Assembly (NCBI GenBank): GCA_965372795.1
Contig: CBDVDR010000009.1
Coordinates: 32,001 to 96,000, forward strand
Direction: 5' to 3'
DNA length: 64,000 nt
Source: an uncultured bacterium
Lineage (GTDB): Bacteria > Zixibacteria > MSB-5A5 > GN15 > FEB-12
The position numbers and the translations under genes were made by a program. Shown one piece after another: positions 27,611 through 38,609 of the stretch (position 1 is the first letter of the stretch; each line of letters opens with the position of its first letter). Under the pieces are notes generated by a model, which saw nothing but the letters and a program-made list of their open reading frames with translations, ran no database searches and had not been told where the DNA came from.

Positions 27611-28492
27611 ATGAAAAAATATCATCAGATAACTATTGTTTTAGTCATTGCTTTTTACTCTTACTCATTCGGTCAGAGTTCAATTACTATTGATCATATT
27701 GACGGTGAAATCTCCCCGGGAGTTGTAAATATCTATAATGACATAACTTTCTATTTTCGGATGACCAACAATAGTGGTTTTTCAATTGTAGGTTCCACCA
27801 ATGGATTTGAAATCTATTCACCGGATAATGCCGTTTGGGATACTATTATCCCTGAATTTACAAATTCAAATTACGTTACTATCTATGACAGCCTCATTTT
27901 CATCAACCAATTTAGTTCCAGAGAACCAAGTTATGATACTATCGGATTTGGCGGTTTTGATATACCAATCGGTGGAGAACCACCTGAACAAATAGGCATC
28001 CCGACTGGATTTAATGAAGTTTTTGCTAAAATGACAATTCAATTTAGCAGTGGGAATGAAAATAAACATATCTGTATTGATTCTGCTTTTTATCGCTCGG
28101 GTGGAAACTGGGTTTGGTCATACATACGTCCAACGAATGGTGATCTTCGAGCTTCATGGAGTGGTCCTTTTTGCTATGAATTAACCAATATACCAACGGC
28201 TGTACATGAAATTTCGCCTGTTGATCTTCCAAAACAATTTAAGCTCCACCAAAACTCCCCCAATCCGTTTAATGCCAGCACCCGGATTGAGTTTGATCTC
28301 CCTCAAGTAACAGATTTTAATCTTTCGATATTTAATATTACCGGTCAGTTAGTAAAGTCTTTTTCATCTGAAAGAGCCAAAGGCAGTCAATCCATTATCT
28401 GGGATGCGTCCTCGGTGGCGAGCGGAGTTTATTTGTACCGCCTATCTGCCGGTGAATTTCAGGATGTAAAGCGGATGGTTTTGATTAAATAA
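27611..28492 (+). CDS. Secreted protein: putative cohesin-like N-domain plus T9SS/FlgD-like C-terminal sorting domain
   Basis: Signal peptide; LPKQFKLHQNSPNPFNASTRIEF..SGVYLYRL..KRMVLIK; N-domain homologous to that of 8935..11259. Confidence 0.85.
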   Translation: MKKYHQITIVLVIAFYSYSFGQSSITIDHIDGEISPGVVNIYNDITFYFRMTNNSGFSIVGSTNGFEIYSPDNAVWDTIIPEFTNSNYVTIYDSLIFINQFSSREPSYDTIGFGGFDIPIGGEPPEQIGIPTGFNEVFAKMTIQFSSGNENKHICIDSAFYRSGGNWVWSYIRPTNGDLRASWSGPFCYELTNIPTAVHEISPVDLPKQFKLHQNSPNPFNASTRIEFDLPQVTDFNLSIFNITGQLVKSFSSERAKGSQSIIWDASSVASGVYLYRLSAGEFQDVKRMVLIK

Positions 28493-28621
28493 AATGCGAT
28501 AAAACAAACAATCTCCGTTTTGTTTTTATTTGCTCAAAATCATAATAATAATTATATATAGTAATAGGATTGAGGATTAATCTCTAAAATTTGTAATTAT
28601 CTATTAAAAGGAGAAGATATT

Positions 28622-28741
28622 ATGGCTAAAGGGCAAGATAAGGGTCAAAAAGAAAACAAGAAAAAGGCTAAAAAATCTACCAAGGAAAAACGTAAAGACA
28701 AAAAAGATAAGAAAAATAAGAAAACAAGCGATTCTGTTTAG
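28622..28741 (+). CDS. Small lysine-rich protein (39 aa), missed by the ORF track
   Basis: AAGGAG RBS; MAKGQDKGQKENKKKAKKSTKEKRKDKKDKKNKKTSDSV*; terminator follows. Confidence 0.7.
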   Translation: MAKGQDKGQKENKKKAKKSTKEKRKDKKDKKNKKTSDSV

Positions 28742-28780
28742 CTTGTAATATGAAAAGTAACCATTCTTTGAAATTGTCAT

Positions 28781-28811
28781 AAAAAAAGCCCTGTATCAAC
28801 AGGGCTTTTTT
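28781..28811. terminator. Bidirectional intrinsic terminator
   Basis: aaaaaaagccctgt-atca-acagggctttttt between convergent genes. Confidence 0.85.
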
Positions 28812-28829
28812 GCTATCAAAATTCAATAT

Positions 28830-31127
28830 TTAATAATTATTATATAAATCTTCAATCGCATCAACAATCTTAGCAACGGTCGGTAAACAGGCAGCATCTC
28901 CATCCATTCCATAAGCGACTCTGGAATCAATGGCGGTAACCAGTTTAACCGGAGCTTCAAGATCAAACAATCCCTCACCACTGGTTATAATTCCTGAAAT
29001 TGTATTTGCAGAACCGCCATTAAAGCGATCCTCAGTTACCACAAGAACCTTGCCGCACTCTTTGGCAGTGTTTAGAATTGTTTCCTCGTCAATCGGTTTC
29101 AACGTCCGTAAATCGATAATACGTACATTGATACCTTTCTCACGAGCCAGTTCGGCAGCTTTTCTGCTCATTTGAACGGTTGTGCCATAGGTGATGAGTC
29201 CTATATCTGAAGCTTCTTCATTGTAAACTTTGGCTACTCCAAAAGGTATTAATTCATCAATATCAGGCAGTGCGGTTTCGATTGGAACCCCTTCCCAATC
29301 CCGACGATTGTATAAGGCTACTGATTCGCAGAATAAAACCGGATCATCACATGCCCAGGCTGTTTTTAATAATCCAGCCGCATCATAGGCATTTGATGGA
29401 ACAGCGATTAAAAGACTTGGAATGTTCATCCAGGTTCCCAGATTGCTCTCACTGTGCCAGAATGCCCCAGCACCCTGTTTGTAACCGCCATATGTGGTTC
29501 TGATCACCATCGGCATGGTCCATTGCCCATTGGACCGCTGATAAGTAGTACAGATTCGATCTTTGAGCACCTGAAAAGCGGGAGACATATAATCTAAAAA
29601 TTGAATTTCAGGAATCGGACGCCGACCCTGATAACAATGTCCGGTTGCTCGACCCAAAATACCGGCTTCATCCAATGGAGTATTAAAACACCGATCGTTA
29701 CCAAATTCACGCTGTAAATTTTTCGAAACCAGAAATACTCCGCCCTTGCCTTTGAGATTTTTCTGTTTTTCAACTTCCTGAATCATGTGACCCGAGAAAT
29801 CGGCGACATCTTCACCAAACAAAAGAACATCATCAGTCATTTGAAACAGATCAAACATCGTGTAATTGACTGCAAATCGCATTGTCATTGGACCGATATC
29901 TTCAGGCAATTCAGGAGTTTGGTAATAGCCCTTTTCATGATATTCTTTAAATTTCTTTTTTCTATCTACTTTGGAAGCCTGACGATATTTTTTCCAGGTT
30001 TCTTTGGTCTTTTCAAAATCGTAAGCGTAGACCTTGTCCAGAATATGCTCTTTAGTTTTTGGTACAAAAGTCTCAACAGCTTTTATTGATAACTTGGTAA
30101 TTTCTTTATCAAGTTCATCCCACATTGTACTAATCTCTTTGGGAGTAATGATGCCTTCTTCTATTAGAGTATTGGCAGTCTTTAAGACACAATCATTATA
30201 AGTATGCCAATCCTGTTCTACCGGATCCATATAAAATGATTGATCATCCGATCCCGAGTGTGATCCCTCGCGGGTAACTTTAATATTTGCCAGAACCGGA
30301 CCCTTGCCTGTTCGAGAATACTCAACGGCTTCTTTAACTTTTGCAAGAGAGTCTTTGATATCGGTACCGTCAATCTGCATGATTTTTAAACCAAAGCGCT
30401 GGAATCCTTCAAACGGCGTAGTTGGATCGCCCTCAGGGAACTGTTCTTCGACAGAAACAGAAATTGCCCAGCCACAGTTATAAATTGCAAATATATTAGG
30501 TGTTTTTTCAAAAGCTGAATAGAAAACCGCTCTTGCGAATTCAGGCGACGACGAAGAACCTTCACCAATACAACACAGTGCGATGGCATCACTCTTATAG
30601 GCTCCACCAGGTATTGGTGCATTTTCTGAGATAGGAACCTGACATTTAATTGCAGCACCTAATCCGGCAGCTTCAAGAGCATGGGAACCGGTAGGAGAAG
30701 CCTGAGGAAGGATGCTGAACTGGGGATAAGCCGGATGAGCCGGGATTTGCTGCCCGCCAATCTGTGATCGGGAATCGCCAATGGCTTCAAGCATTTTTTC
30801 CCACAAGGAAGATCCTCGATGTAGATCAAATGCTTTATTTCTATAATATCCTATAAACGGATCGGTTACTCTTGTTTCTTCAGCTAAGGCAACATCGATA
30901 AGTTCTTTACCGCCGCAGCCAATGAAAAACCGGTTGTAACCTTTTCTGAGCAATAGCTTTTCTTCACGCTCCACCCGTCTGGCTTTGAGCATGGTATATA
31001 ACATGCCCTTAAGTTCTTTAGGAGTTTTCCCTGAATATTCTTTGAGGGGCTTATTTTCGTCTTTTACCTTAGGCTTAGCCTCGCCCTCGTACTGAGTAAG
31101 TTTATCAATTAAAGTAAGCAGTTCCAA
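28830..31127 (-). CDS. Fused E1 alpha/beta 2-oxoacid dehydrogenase (branched-chain type likely)
   Basis: TPP motif CIGEGSS..NCGWAIS, GSHSGSDD, GEDV, NTPLDEAG, EIQFLDY, IDLRTLKPID. Confidence 0.9.
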   Translation of the reverse strand: MELLTLIDKLTQYEGEAKPKVKDENKPLKEYSGKTPKELKGMLYTMLKARRVEREEKLLLRKGYNRFFIGCGGKELIDVALAEETRVTDPFIGYYRNKAFDLHRGSSLWEKMLEAIGDSRSQIGGQQIPAHPAYPQFSILPQASPTGSHALEAAGLGAAIKCQVPISENAPIPGGAYKSDAIALCCIGEGSSSSPEFARAVFYSAFEKTPNIFAIYNCGWAISVSVEEQFPEGDPTTPFEGFQRFGLKIMQIDGTDIKDSLAKVKEAVEYSRTGKGPVLANIKVTREGSHSGSDDQSFYMDPVEQDWHTYNDCVLKTANTLIEEGIITPKEISTMWDELDKEITKLSIKAVETFVPKTKEHILDKVYAYDFEKTKETWKKYRQASKVDRKKKFKEYHEKGYYQTPELPEDIGPMTMRFAVNYTMFDLFQMTDDVLLFGEDVADFSGHMIQEVEKQKNLKGKGGVFLVSKNLQREFGNDRCFNTPLDEAGILGRATGHCYQGRRPIPEIQFLDYMSPAFQVLKDRICTTYQRSNGQWTMPMVIRTTYGGYKQGAGAFWHSESNLGTWMNIPSLLIAVPSNAYDAAGLLKTAWACDDPVLFCESVALYNRRDWEGVPIETALPDIDELIPFGVAKVYNEEASDIGLITYGTTVQMSRKAAELAREKGINVRIIDLRTLKPIDEETILNTAKECGKVLVVTEDRFNGGSANTISGIITSGEGLFDLEAPVKLVTAIDSRVAYGMDGDAACLPTVAKIVDAIEDLYNNY

Positions 31128-31364
31128 TTTAATCCTCCAATATTTCCATATTTTTTATATCTTATCTCTGGTATACAACAAACTTGTTTTGATTTTGCTC
31201 CCCAAAAAAACATTTTTTTATGAATTTGCAAAAGAATTATTAATAAAATTGAAAAAAATGTACCTTAGGGACATTTTCAGTCCTCGATTGATTTAACTTG
31301 AATTAAATCCTTAATTTAAATATTATATTTCTAGTACAAAATGATATAAAGAAAGGAAGCATAA

Positions 31365-33389
31365 ATGCCCTCAAATAGCAATAAAACAAAGACTAAGAGG
31401 ACAAAAAGATATATCACAGAAGTGGACCTTTATAAGTTAAAAATTCCAACTTCAGTAGCGATTTCACCTTCTGAGAACAAAATCGCCTTTACTATTGATC
31501 GGATGGATAAAAAAGAGAATAAATACTTCTCCAATATATTCATACTCGATATATCAACTGGATTAAGCCAGCAGTATACCCATGGTAATTATAATGACCA
31601 TACCCCGGTTTGGTCGCCGGATGGTGATAAATTAGCCTTTTTATCATCCCGGGACAAAAAAAGCTGTATTTACATCATTTCTGTATCCGGTGGGTCTGAA
31701 AAGAAGGTTTTTGATTGTGAGGGAGCTATTGGAAGCCTCCAATGGACTCCCGATGGGAAACAGTTCCTTATAAATATGAGATATAATGATTCTCATTTCA
31801 TTGAAGATAGCAAGAAGAAAACAGAACCTCCCGTCTTCCGTCATGTTACCAGATTATTTTTCAGATTAGATGCGGTCGGATACCTGCCAAAAGACACTTT
31901 CCAAATTTACTCATTGGATATTGAAACCGGAAATACGAGAGTTATTACAAAAGGTAAAAGAGACAATATCTCTCCGAATCTTTCTTCTGACGGTAAATGG
32001 ATTACTTATGTTTCCAATCGCTCCAAAGATCCTGATCTGAATACAATGAGGGACGATCTTTTCATTATCCCGTTTAAAGGTGGAAAAGAAAAACTTATCC
32101 CCACTCCTGCCGGTCCTGTTGCCGTTCCTATTTTCTCTCCCGATTCTAAACAGATAGCCTATCTCGGGCACGACAACCCGAATGATGCCTGGGGTGTAAC
32201 AAATATTCATATCTGGAAAGTCGGATTAAACGGTAACCCTAAAGCAAAAAATCTCATGCCTAAATTTGACCGCATGGCTTTGGATCAATCAATTGCCGAT
32301 ATGGGTGATGTTCACGGTCCCGCCCCTATTTTCTGGTCAAAAGATAATAAACGTATTTATTTCGTTTCATCGGATACCGGTGCCACAAATTTATATTATG
32401 TCCCTCATTCGGGTGGAAAACCGACCGGAATTTTCAAAGGAAAAAACCATATAAAAGCCTTCTCTGTAAACGGTAAAACAAAAGTTACCGCTTTAATTTA
32501 TGCTGACATTAATAATCCCGGTGATATCGTCACCTGCCCAACTCAATACAAAGGTGAAAAGAAAGCGGTTCAACATACCGATTTAAACCGTTTTCTGTCT
32601 TCAGAAATTAAATTGGGTAAAACCAAAGATCTATTTTTCAAATCATTTGATGGCACCGAAGTTCAAGGCTGGCTGCTTTTACCTCCGAATTTTAACCCAA
32701 ATAAGAAGTATCCATCAATCCTCCAGATTCATGGCGGACCAAGAACTCAATATGCTCATTCTTTTTTCCATGAAATGCAATTTCTCGCTGCCAAAGGGTA
32801 TGTTGTTTTCTATACTAATCCAAGGGGAGGTTCCGGTCGCGGGGAAACCTGGGCCGATGCAATCGCCGGCGGATGGGGTGATCTTGATTATCAGGACTGC
32901 ATGGCAGCCGCTGACTATATGGAAAATCTTAAATTTGTCCACCCTAAAAAAATGGGTGTCACCGGCGGATCATACGGCGGCTATATGACAAACTGGATAA
33001 TCGGACATACCAACCGTTTTGCAGGAGCAGTTACCCAGCGTTCGGTTGTAGATTTAAAATCTTTTGTCGGTTCCTCAGATATCGGGTTTGATCTTCCCCG
33101 AGAATTCGATGGCTCGCCCTGGACCAACAAAGAGAACTATGAACATCGCTCTCCGATTACTTACTTCAAAAAAGTTAAAACTCCGGTTCTAATCATTCAC
33201 AGTGAACAGGATTTAAGATGCCACATTGAACAGGCTGATCAGATGTTCGTCATGCTTAAATCACTTGGTAAAAAAGTTGAGATGGTTCGGTTCCCCGAAG
33301 AACCGCACGGGCTTTCAAGGCATGGACGTCCTGACCGCAGAGTTGCAAGACTTGAGTGGATCAATAAATGGTTCAAGAAATATTTATAA
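31365..33389 (+). CDS. S9 family prolyl oligopeptidase / acylaminoacyl-peptidase
   Basis: WSPDG propeller repeats, IHGGP, GGSYGG, EQDLRC, EPHG catalytic triad. Confidence 0.93.
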   Translation: MPSNSNKTKTKRTKRYITEVDLYKLKIPTSVAISPSENKIAFTIDRMDKKENKYFSNIFILDISTGLSQQYTHGNYNDHTPVWSPDGDKLAFLSSRDKKSCIYIISVSGGSEKKVFDCEGAIGSLQWTPDGKQFLINMRYNDSHFIEDSKKKTEPPVFRHVTRLFFRLDAVGYLPKDTFQIYSLDIETGNTRVITKGKRDNISPNLSSDGKWITYVSNRSKDPDLNTMRDDLFIIPFKGGKEKLIPTPAGPVAVPIFSPDSKQIAYLGHDNPNDAWGVTNIHIWKVGLNGNPKAKNLMPKFDRMALDQSIADMGDVHGPAPIFWSKDNKRIYFVSSDTGATNLYYVPHSGGKPTGIFKGKNHIKAFSVNGKTKVTALIYADINNPGDIVTCPTQYKGEKKAVQHTDLNRFLSSEIKLGKTKDLFFKSFDGTEVQGWLLLPPNFNPNKKYPSILQIHGGPRTQYAHSFFHEMQFLAAKGYVVFYTNPRGGSGRGETWADAIAGGWGDLDYQDCMAAADYMENLKFVHPKKMGVTGGSYGGYMTNWIIGHTNRFAGAVTQRSVVDLKSFVGSSDIGFDLPREFDGSPWTNKENYEHRSPITYFKKVKTPVLIIHSEQDLRCHIEQADQMFVMLKSLGKKVEMVRFPEEPHGLSRHGRPDRRVARLEWINKWFKKYL

Positions 33390-33403
33390 AATAACTTTGC
33401 AGT

Positions 33404-33435
33404 AAAGCAGCATTAGCAATAGTGCTGCTTTTTTT
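33404..33435. terminator. Intrinsic terminator between convergent genes
   Basis: aaagcagcatta-gcaa-tagtgctgcttt followed by a T-tract. Confidence 0.8.
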
Positions 33436-33853
33436 ATGAAGAGATTACCCGATAACCTTCAGCTTTTAAATAACGTACAGCTTCTGCTCTGGTGCGAAAT
33501 GTTTTTGAGACCGATTTTGCGCCGCCTCGATCAAACATCTTCAATAATTGTCCATAGCGAACCGGATTATTAATTACATAGGCCTGAACCACCATATTAT
33601 TTTTCATGCACCAGTCCATATGCTCGCCAATCTTATCAATAACCTCAGGGGTTCCGGCTTTCCAGTTTATTAAATCAATTAATTTAGCCCACGGTTTAGA
33701 TATAATTGATGCTGCTTCTTCTTTGAAGTCTTCGTGATAACTAGAAGCGGTATCAATTCTCCAAACTCCAAAAACTTTGGCATACACGATACGATTTTTC
33801 TCATCCACACTTATATTATATTTGAATTGCCAGTCAGGCATTTGATGCTCCAT
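33434..33853 (-). CDS. Hypothetical protein, possibly STAS/SpoIIAA-like fold
   Basis: G.W, LIDLINWK, KTFRTRAEAVRYL pattern; fold is inferred. Confidence 0.55.
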   Translation of the reverse strand: MEHQMPDWQFKYNISVDEKNRIVYAKVFGVWRIDTASSYHEDFKEEAASIISKPWAKLIDLINWKAGTPEVIDKIGEHMDWCMKNNMVVQAYVINNPVRYGQLLKMFDRGGAKSVSKTFRTRAEAVRYLKAEGYRVISS

Positions 33854-34101
33854 GAAAATTTAAAGATTATTAGAAATGTAAAGTACTCTTCTAAGTTGAG
33901 ATAAATTGAGTAAAATGTCAATTCTTTTATTTACACCGCCTAATTTATCCAGACATTATCTCTTTTCAAGTTATATAGTTTTATTCAATTTTAACAATAT
34001 TATTCGAAAATCTTTGTTAGATATATCCCTTCCTCATCTTATCTATATACGATTCAAAGGCAAGTTTTGTTAAGTTTGTTTATACTTTTTTAAGCCAATA
34101 A

Positions 34102-34929
34102 TCAATTATGAATGTATATCAATTTATTTTTATAATCGATTGTAATTTTATGTTGGTATAAAAAAGTTGAACCGAGAATTCCTTCAAATTCTGCGCGCGG
34201 AAGAGATCTTTTTAAACGTTTAAAATCATTAATAATGAAGGCAACATTATTTGATAACAATACATCACTCACTTTAACACTTTTAAAAAGCTCATATTTA
34301 GACTCAGAAGGTTGAATATCCAATTTGTCAGCCAGAGATTTAGAAATTGAAGTAAAAGATGCACAATAATCAAGAATCATTGGCGCCTTAATTTCATCCT
34401 CAAATATCGCATCAACCAAGATTAGATGCCTATACATCTCAAATGAATATTCATGATACTTATTCCCATTTAAAAATTCAGGTTTTTCAGGTTCAAGCAA
34501 TATAGTTTTATTGGGGTAATCAATCGTAATATAAAACCCTTTTAGTATCTGATACCCAATAACACCATCAGGCATTCCTGCCGATTTATCCTTAATAATA
34601 TCTGTCATATCAATTGCAATCGCTTTGATATTTGTTAGAACTTCATCTCCAATTTGAAGCGATTTAATACTGATAGGTGATGCCTTTGAAATACCTTTAA
34701 CACCGGTAACTGGACGGCTCGGACGAGAAATTATATTGAGATTATTTTCCCTGGCAAAGGTGCGGTCTATATAAAATTGGTCAGCTCCGGTATCAATACC
34801 GAAGGTTCCTGTTACTTTTCCGTCGATTGTAACCTGCACTTCAACCAGACCCCGTTGGGGATCAAAAGGAAGGCTGCTCCCGAAAGTGGAAGCAGCCATT
34901 ATAAATATTATAAGCAATTTAATGATCAT
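34102..34929 (-). CDS. Secreted tandem retropepsin-like aspartyl protease
   Basis: FGIDTGA..DGVIG..IDYP, then second domain ILDYCA..EGILG..IDYK. Confidence 0.85.
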   Translation of the reverse strand: MIIKLLIIFIMAASTFGSSLPFDPQRGLVEVQVTIDGKVTGTFGIDTGADQFYIDRTFARENNLNIISRPSRPVTGVKGISKASPISIKSLQIGDEVLTNIKAIAIDMTDIIKDKSAGMPDGVIGYQILKGFYITIDYPNKTILLEPEKPEFLNGNKYHEYSFEMYRHLILVDAIFEDEIKAPMILDYCASFTSISKSLADKLDIQPSESKYELFKSVKVSDVLLSNNVAFIINDFKRLKRSLPRAEFEGILGSTFLYQHKITIDYKNKLIYIHN

Positions 34930-34949
34930 TGCAGTTTCTTAACAAAAGA

Positions 34950-37285
34950 TTATACCAGTGATTCTGACCGTCGACGGATATATACTATAATTGATCCAAT
35001 CAAAATTAGTGTCGTACCTAACCATACAAAGTTGATAATCGGTTTGTTAGCAATTGTCATAATTAATCTGTCCGGAGGACCAATCTCCATCATGCCGGGA
35101 ATTGTAATTGTTACCAAGTTTTGATCTGCCTGGATTTGTGAAATCTGCATTGAATATTCGTTATTCAACCCAAATTCTGCAGGCATATCAATTATTTTAT
35201 CATCATCATAAACTCTTATAGGTTCAAGTTGGGCAACATACCCTTCAGATTCCACAGTAATATTGGCAATGATTGTCATTCCAGGGTTCGAGCTTGAATT
35301 ATCGCCTTGTTCATAACCATTAAAAGTAAATTTATAAATCCCTAATGTAGTAGAATGTCCCTCCATAATTGAGAGACCTTGACCACTATTTAGTTCCTGT
35401 ATCTGTTCAGGTGAAAAATACAGATCATATAACAAAGTCTTATAAACATAAGGCTTTTTCATTATTCCATCAAGTCGCTCTGAATAGTATAGCTGCGGAC
35501 GAGCTTCCTTAATACCGGAACCATCATCATAAGTGAGAATCAGTTTATTATGAGGAAACTCAATATCGTTTTCCATACCAACATATGAGATATCAAGACC
35601 AAACGCCTGTTCAGTTTCACCGCGAGGAATCACAATTCTTTCATCAACTGAATAAGCTGCTGAACCGAGAATGCCTATCAGCATCAAACCAAATCCGAAA
35701 TGTGACAACTGTCCACCCATCAATTTCCATCGACCGGGTAAAAATCCAATCATCGCCACTAAGTTTGTGGTTATTAACAGACCAGCAGAGGCAAAGTATA
35801 AAATGTATAAATAATTCTTAACGCCCAAGATCCAAGAGATTGCGATTATCAATACAAATGTTCCGATTGACCATTTCAACTGCTTCAACAGATCAGATTT
35901 TAAAGCAAACATGATTAAACCGGTGACAGTCAAGGTGAAGATAATTCCAAATGTTAAACCGGCATCTAAAACGAAATAGAACAATCCAAAACCGACTAAA
36001 GTTGACCCAAACAATGCCATGTATAATTTATTTTTCCAATTGTCAGGGGTATAGGAATTATAATTCAACAAAGGAGCAACCGTCAAAAATAGTGCGTAAA
36101 TAATTGCTATCGGTAATGCAAAACTGTTATAAGTTGACAGATCAGCGGCTCGAGCTTCATTTGTGAATACTGAAGTAGTAAATGGCAATGAAGTCCAGAA
36201 CAGTACAATCACGCTGAATAAAAACAGAAGGGTCATTCCGGCAAATAGTGAAAATTCCTTACCATAGTAATTATAATTCAACGGTATGTTTTCAATTGAT
36301 CTAATTCTCGGAATGAAAAATGCCAGAGTCATCACAGTATATAAAATCAAAAATCCGATTAAATATTGGTTTATTCCTAAATCAACAAAACTATGAACCG
36401 AAAAATCAGCTAAGACACCGCTTCGAGTTAAAAATGTACCGTAGATAACTAAGATAAAGCAGAATGCTGACATTAAAATATTAGTCTTCCTCAAGGCACC
36501 TGAACGGCGTTCTATAATCATGCCATGAATCATTGCCAGAGAAACAAACCACGGTATAAAAGATGAGTTCTCAACCGGATCCCATGCCCAAAATCCTCCC
36601 CATCCGAGAGTCTTATAAGCCCAGTATCCACCAAGAATATTACCGGCGGCAAGCGTCAATGTGGTAATGACAGCCCATGGAAAAGCCTGCTTACCCAGGT
36701 TGAATAATCATTTTTCAACAAAGCCGCCATCGCCAGAGCAAATGGCACCGCTGCCATTGCATAACCGACAAAAATGACCGGCGGATGAATTACCATCCAT
36801 GGATCCTGAAGCAACGGGTTCAGACCGGCTCCATCGGCAGGAACAAAATCAAGCATCGCAAACGGCGATAATTTAACCATAATAAACAGGAAGAACAGAT
36901 TAACGGCTGAATAAACTGCCATCGCATAATTCCGATACTGTCCGCCCCGGTTTAAAATTAAATATCCAAATAAAGCACTAAATGTTATCCATAATAAGTA
37001 GGTACCTTCCTGCCCACCCCAAAATGATGAGAGAAGATAGAAAAAGGGAAGTGACCGATCAGAATATTCATAAACATATTTGATAACAAACTGATGACTG
37101 AAAAACAGATAGTATAGATATACAAAAGCTAAAAGAATAATTCCTGTGAAGTAATTATAGCTTTTACGAGCAAGTACTTCAAATGATTTGTTACCGCGCG
37201 CTGTTAGAAAAAAAGCAACTCCGGCAATAACATTAAATATCAGCGCAAGAAAGACTAATAGATCACCGGGGAAATCATATGACAT
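34950..37285 (-). pseudogene. ccmF: Cytochrome c-type biogenesis heme lyase CcmF, split by a single frameshift near 36690
   Basis: ORF 36656..37285 has WGGQEGT, GLNPLLQ, IHPP; ORF 34950..36659 has WAY..LGWGGFWAWDPVEN, TRSG..SVHSF; adding one base restores WVKQAFPWAVITTLTLAAGNILGG. Confidence 0.85.
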
Positions 37286-37287
37286 TT

Positions 37288-37731
37288 TTATTCTCCATCT
37301 TCTCCGACTGCTTCATTATGTTTGGTTAATTCCTGGTATTCTTCGCCATCTTCACCCTGATATTTCGATGGGCATTTTACCAGCATCTGGTCAGCAACAA
37401 AAACATCTTCATCCGTTGTTTTACCTTTAAGCACAACTGATGTTGCCTGATCAAAATTACCCGGTACGACCCCGTAATAAACAACCTGCATTGTCTCTGC
37501 GCCGACTTTATCATCTGCTTCGGCATCATAAACTGCAAATTCCAAACGAGAATCATCAGTGTTGTAACTTACTTTTTCAAAATCAATCTTACCCATAACC
37601 TGAACTGTTCTGTCAGCCAGACGGGCTTCAGGAATTGTGACATATTGAATTGTAGTTTCAATAAAGGCTGTTGCACCCCAACCCATAAAGACAACAATTA
37701 TAATTCCGCCAATTATATATTTTGCTTTCAT
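37288..37731 (-). CDS. ccmE: Heme chaperone CcmE (CxxxY variant)
   Basis: N-terminal TM, VVYYGVVPGNF, KCPSKY; ccm context. Confidence 0.92.
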   Translation of the reverse strand: MKAKYIIGGIIIVVFMGWGATAFIETTIQYVTIPEARLADRTVQVMGKIDFEKVSYNTDDSRLEFAVYDAEADDKVGAETMQVVYYGVVPGNFDQATSVVLKGKTTDEDVFVADQMLVKCPSKYQGEDGEEYQELTKHNEAVGEDGE

Positions 37732-37841
37732 TACATTTTCTCCTCAAGGCTTTTAACTCTTTTATCTAATCTAAATAAAAATAAGAACAGCCCGGTCCAA
37801 ACCGATAACGTAACCGCTAATGCGATATAATTACCATCCAT
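37731..37841 (-). CDS. ccmD: CcmD heme exporter small subunit (36 aa), missed by the ORF track
   Basis: MDGNYIALAVTLSVWTGLFLFLFRLDKRVKSLEEKM*, exactly between ccmC and ccmE with TAATG coupling. Confidence 0.85.
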   Translation of the reverse strand: MDGNYIALAVTLSVWTGLFLFLFRLDKRVKSLEEKM

Positions 37842-38501
37842 CTATTCATCCTCCTTATCAGAGTTGATACGTTCTATACGACGTATCCTATTTGCCAGGT
37901 TAAACATCCAAAAATAAATTATTGTAAAAAGACCCAGCGATGTGAAGAATATCATCCTCACAACCGGACCCATAGTAAATTTTATGTTTTCATTAATAAT
38001 TGAATCATCAGGGTGAAGTGACGGAGTTACTCGCGGGATAACAAAAATAAGAAATGGCACCGTTATAAACGCAAAAATTGAATAAACTCCGGCAAGCATT
38101 GCCCGACGTTCTTCAATTTCAACCGCTCCCCTTAAGGCAAAATAAGCGCCATAAATCAGAAGCAGAATGAAAACAGAGGTTTCCCTCGGGTCCCAATTCC
38201 AAAATGATCCCCAGGTAACTTTTGCAAATATTGCGCCGGTGATGGTTGCCAAAAAGCAAAAGATAAAACCCAAACGGGCTGCTTCGGCAGCTTTATCATC
38301 CATTTCAATATTTTTTGTCTTGAGATACCTGATTGAATAGATCATCGACATTAAAAATGCCAGCACGCAAATCCAGGCTTGTGGTATATGATAATAGAAT
38401 ACCCGGCTTGCTTCACCGATCATTTTTTGAGGGGCAGAAGTGATAAAACTGAACACTATCATCACGCCCATCGCTATAAATAATAACAATTTCCACCACA
38501 T
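37842..38501 (-). CDS. ccmC: Heme exporter CcmC
   Basis: YYHIP, TWGSFWNWDPRET, LHP. Confidence 0.93.
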   Translation of the reverse strand: MWWKLLLFIAMGVMIVFSFITSAPQKMIGEASRVFYYHIPQAWICVLAFLMSMIYSIRYLKTKNIEMDDKAAEAARLGFIFCFLATITGAIFAKVTWGSFWNWDPRETSVFILLLIYGAYFALRGAVEIEERRAMLAGVYSIFAFITVPFLIFVIPRVTPSLHPDDSIINENIKFTMGPVVRMIFFTSLGLFTIIYFWMFNLANRIRRIERINSDKEDE

Positions 38502-38551
38502 AATAAACTTATAACAATCCTTTCATTTTTCGTTCCCAAGTATAATCATAT

Positions 38552-38569
38552 TTGTGAAAAAAGCCACAA
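38552..38569. promoter_or_regulatory. Rex-like operator upstream of ccmC
   Basis: TTGTGAA-aaaa-GCCACAA versus the Rex consensus TTGTGAA-N4-TTCACAA. Confidence 0.4.
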
Positions 38570-38609
38570 AATTCAAGAGAAGATATATCCATTTTTGAAG
38601 ATTTTTTTG

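Noticed and set aside
28830..31127. Fused E1 without adjacent E2/E3
   Set aside because: Fused alpha/beta E1 with unlinked E2/E3 is common in FCB-group bacteria
34102..34929. Second protease domain has DYCA instead of DTGA
   Set aside because: The catalytic Asp is retained and such variation is ordinary in tandem retropepsins
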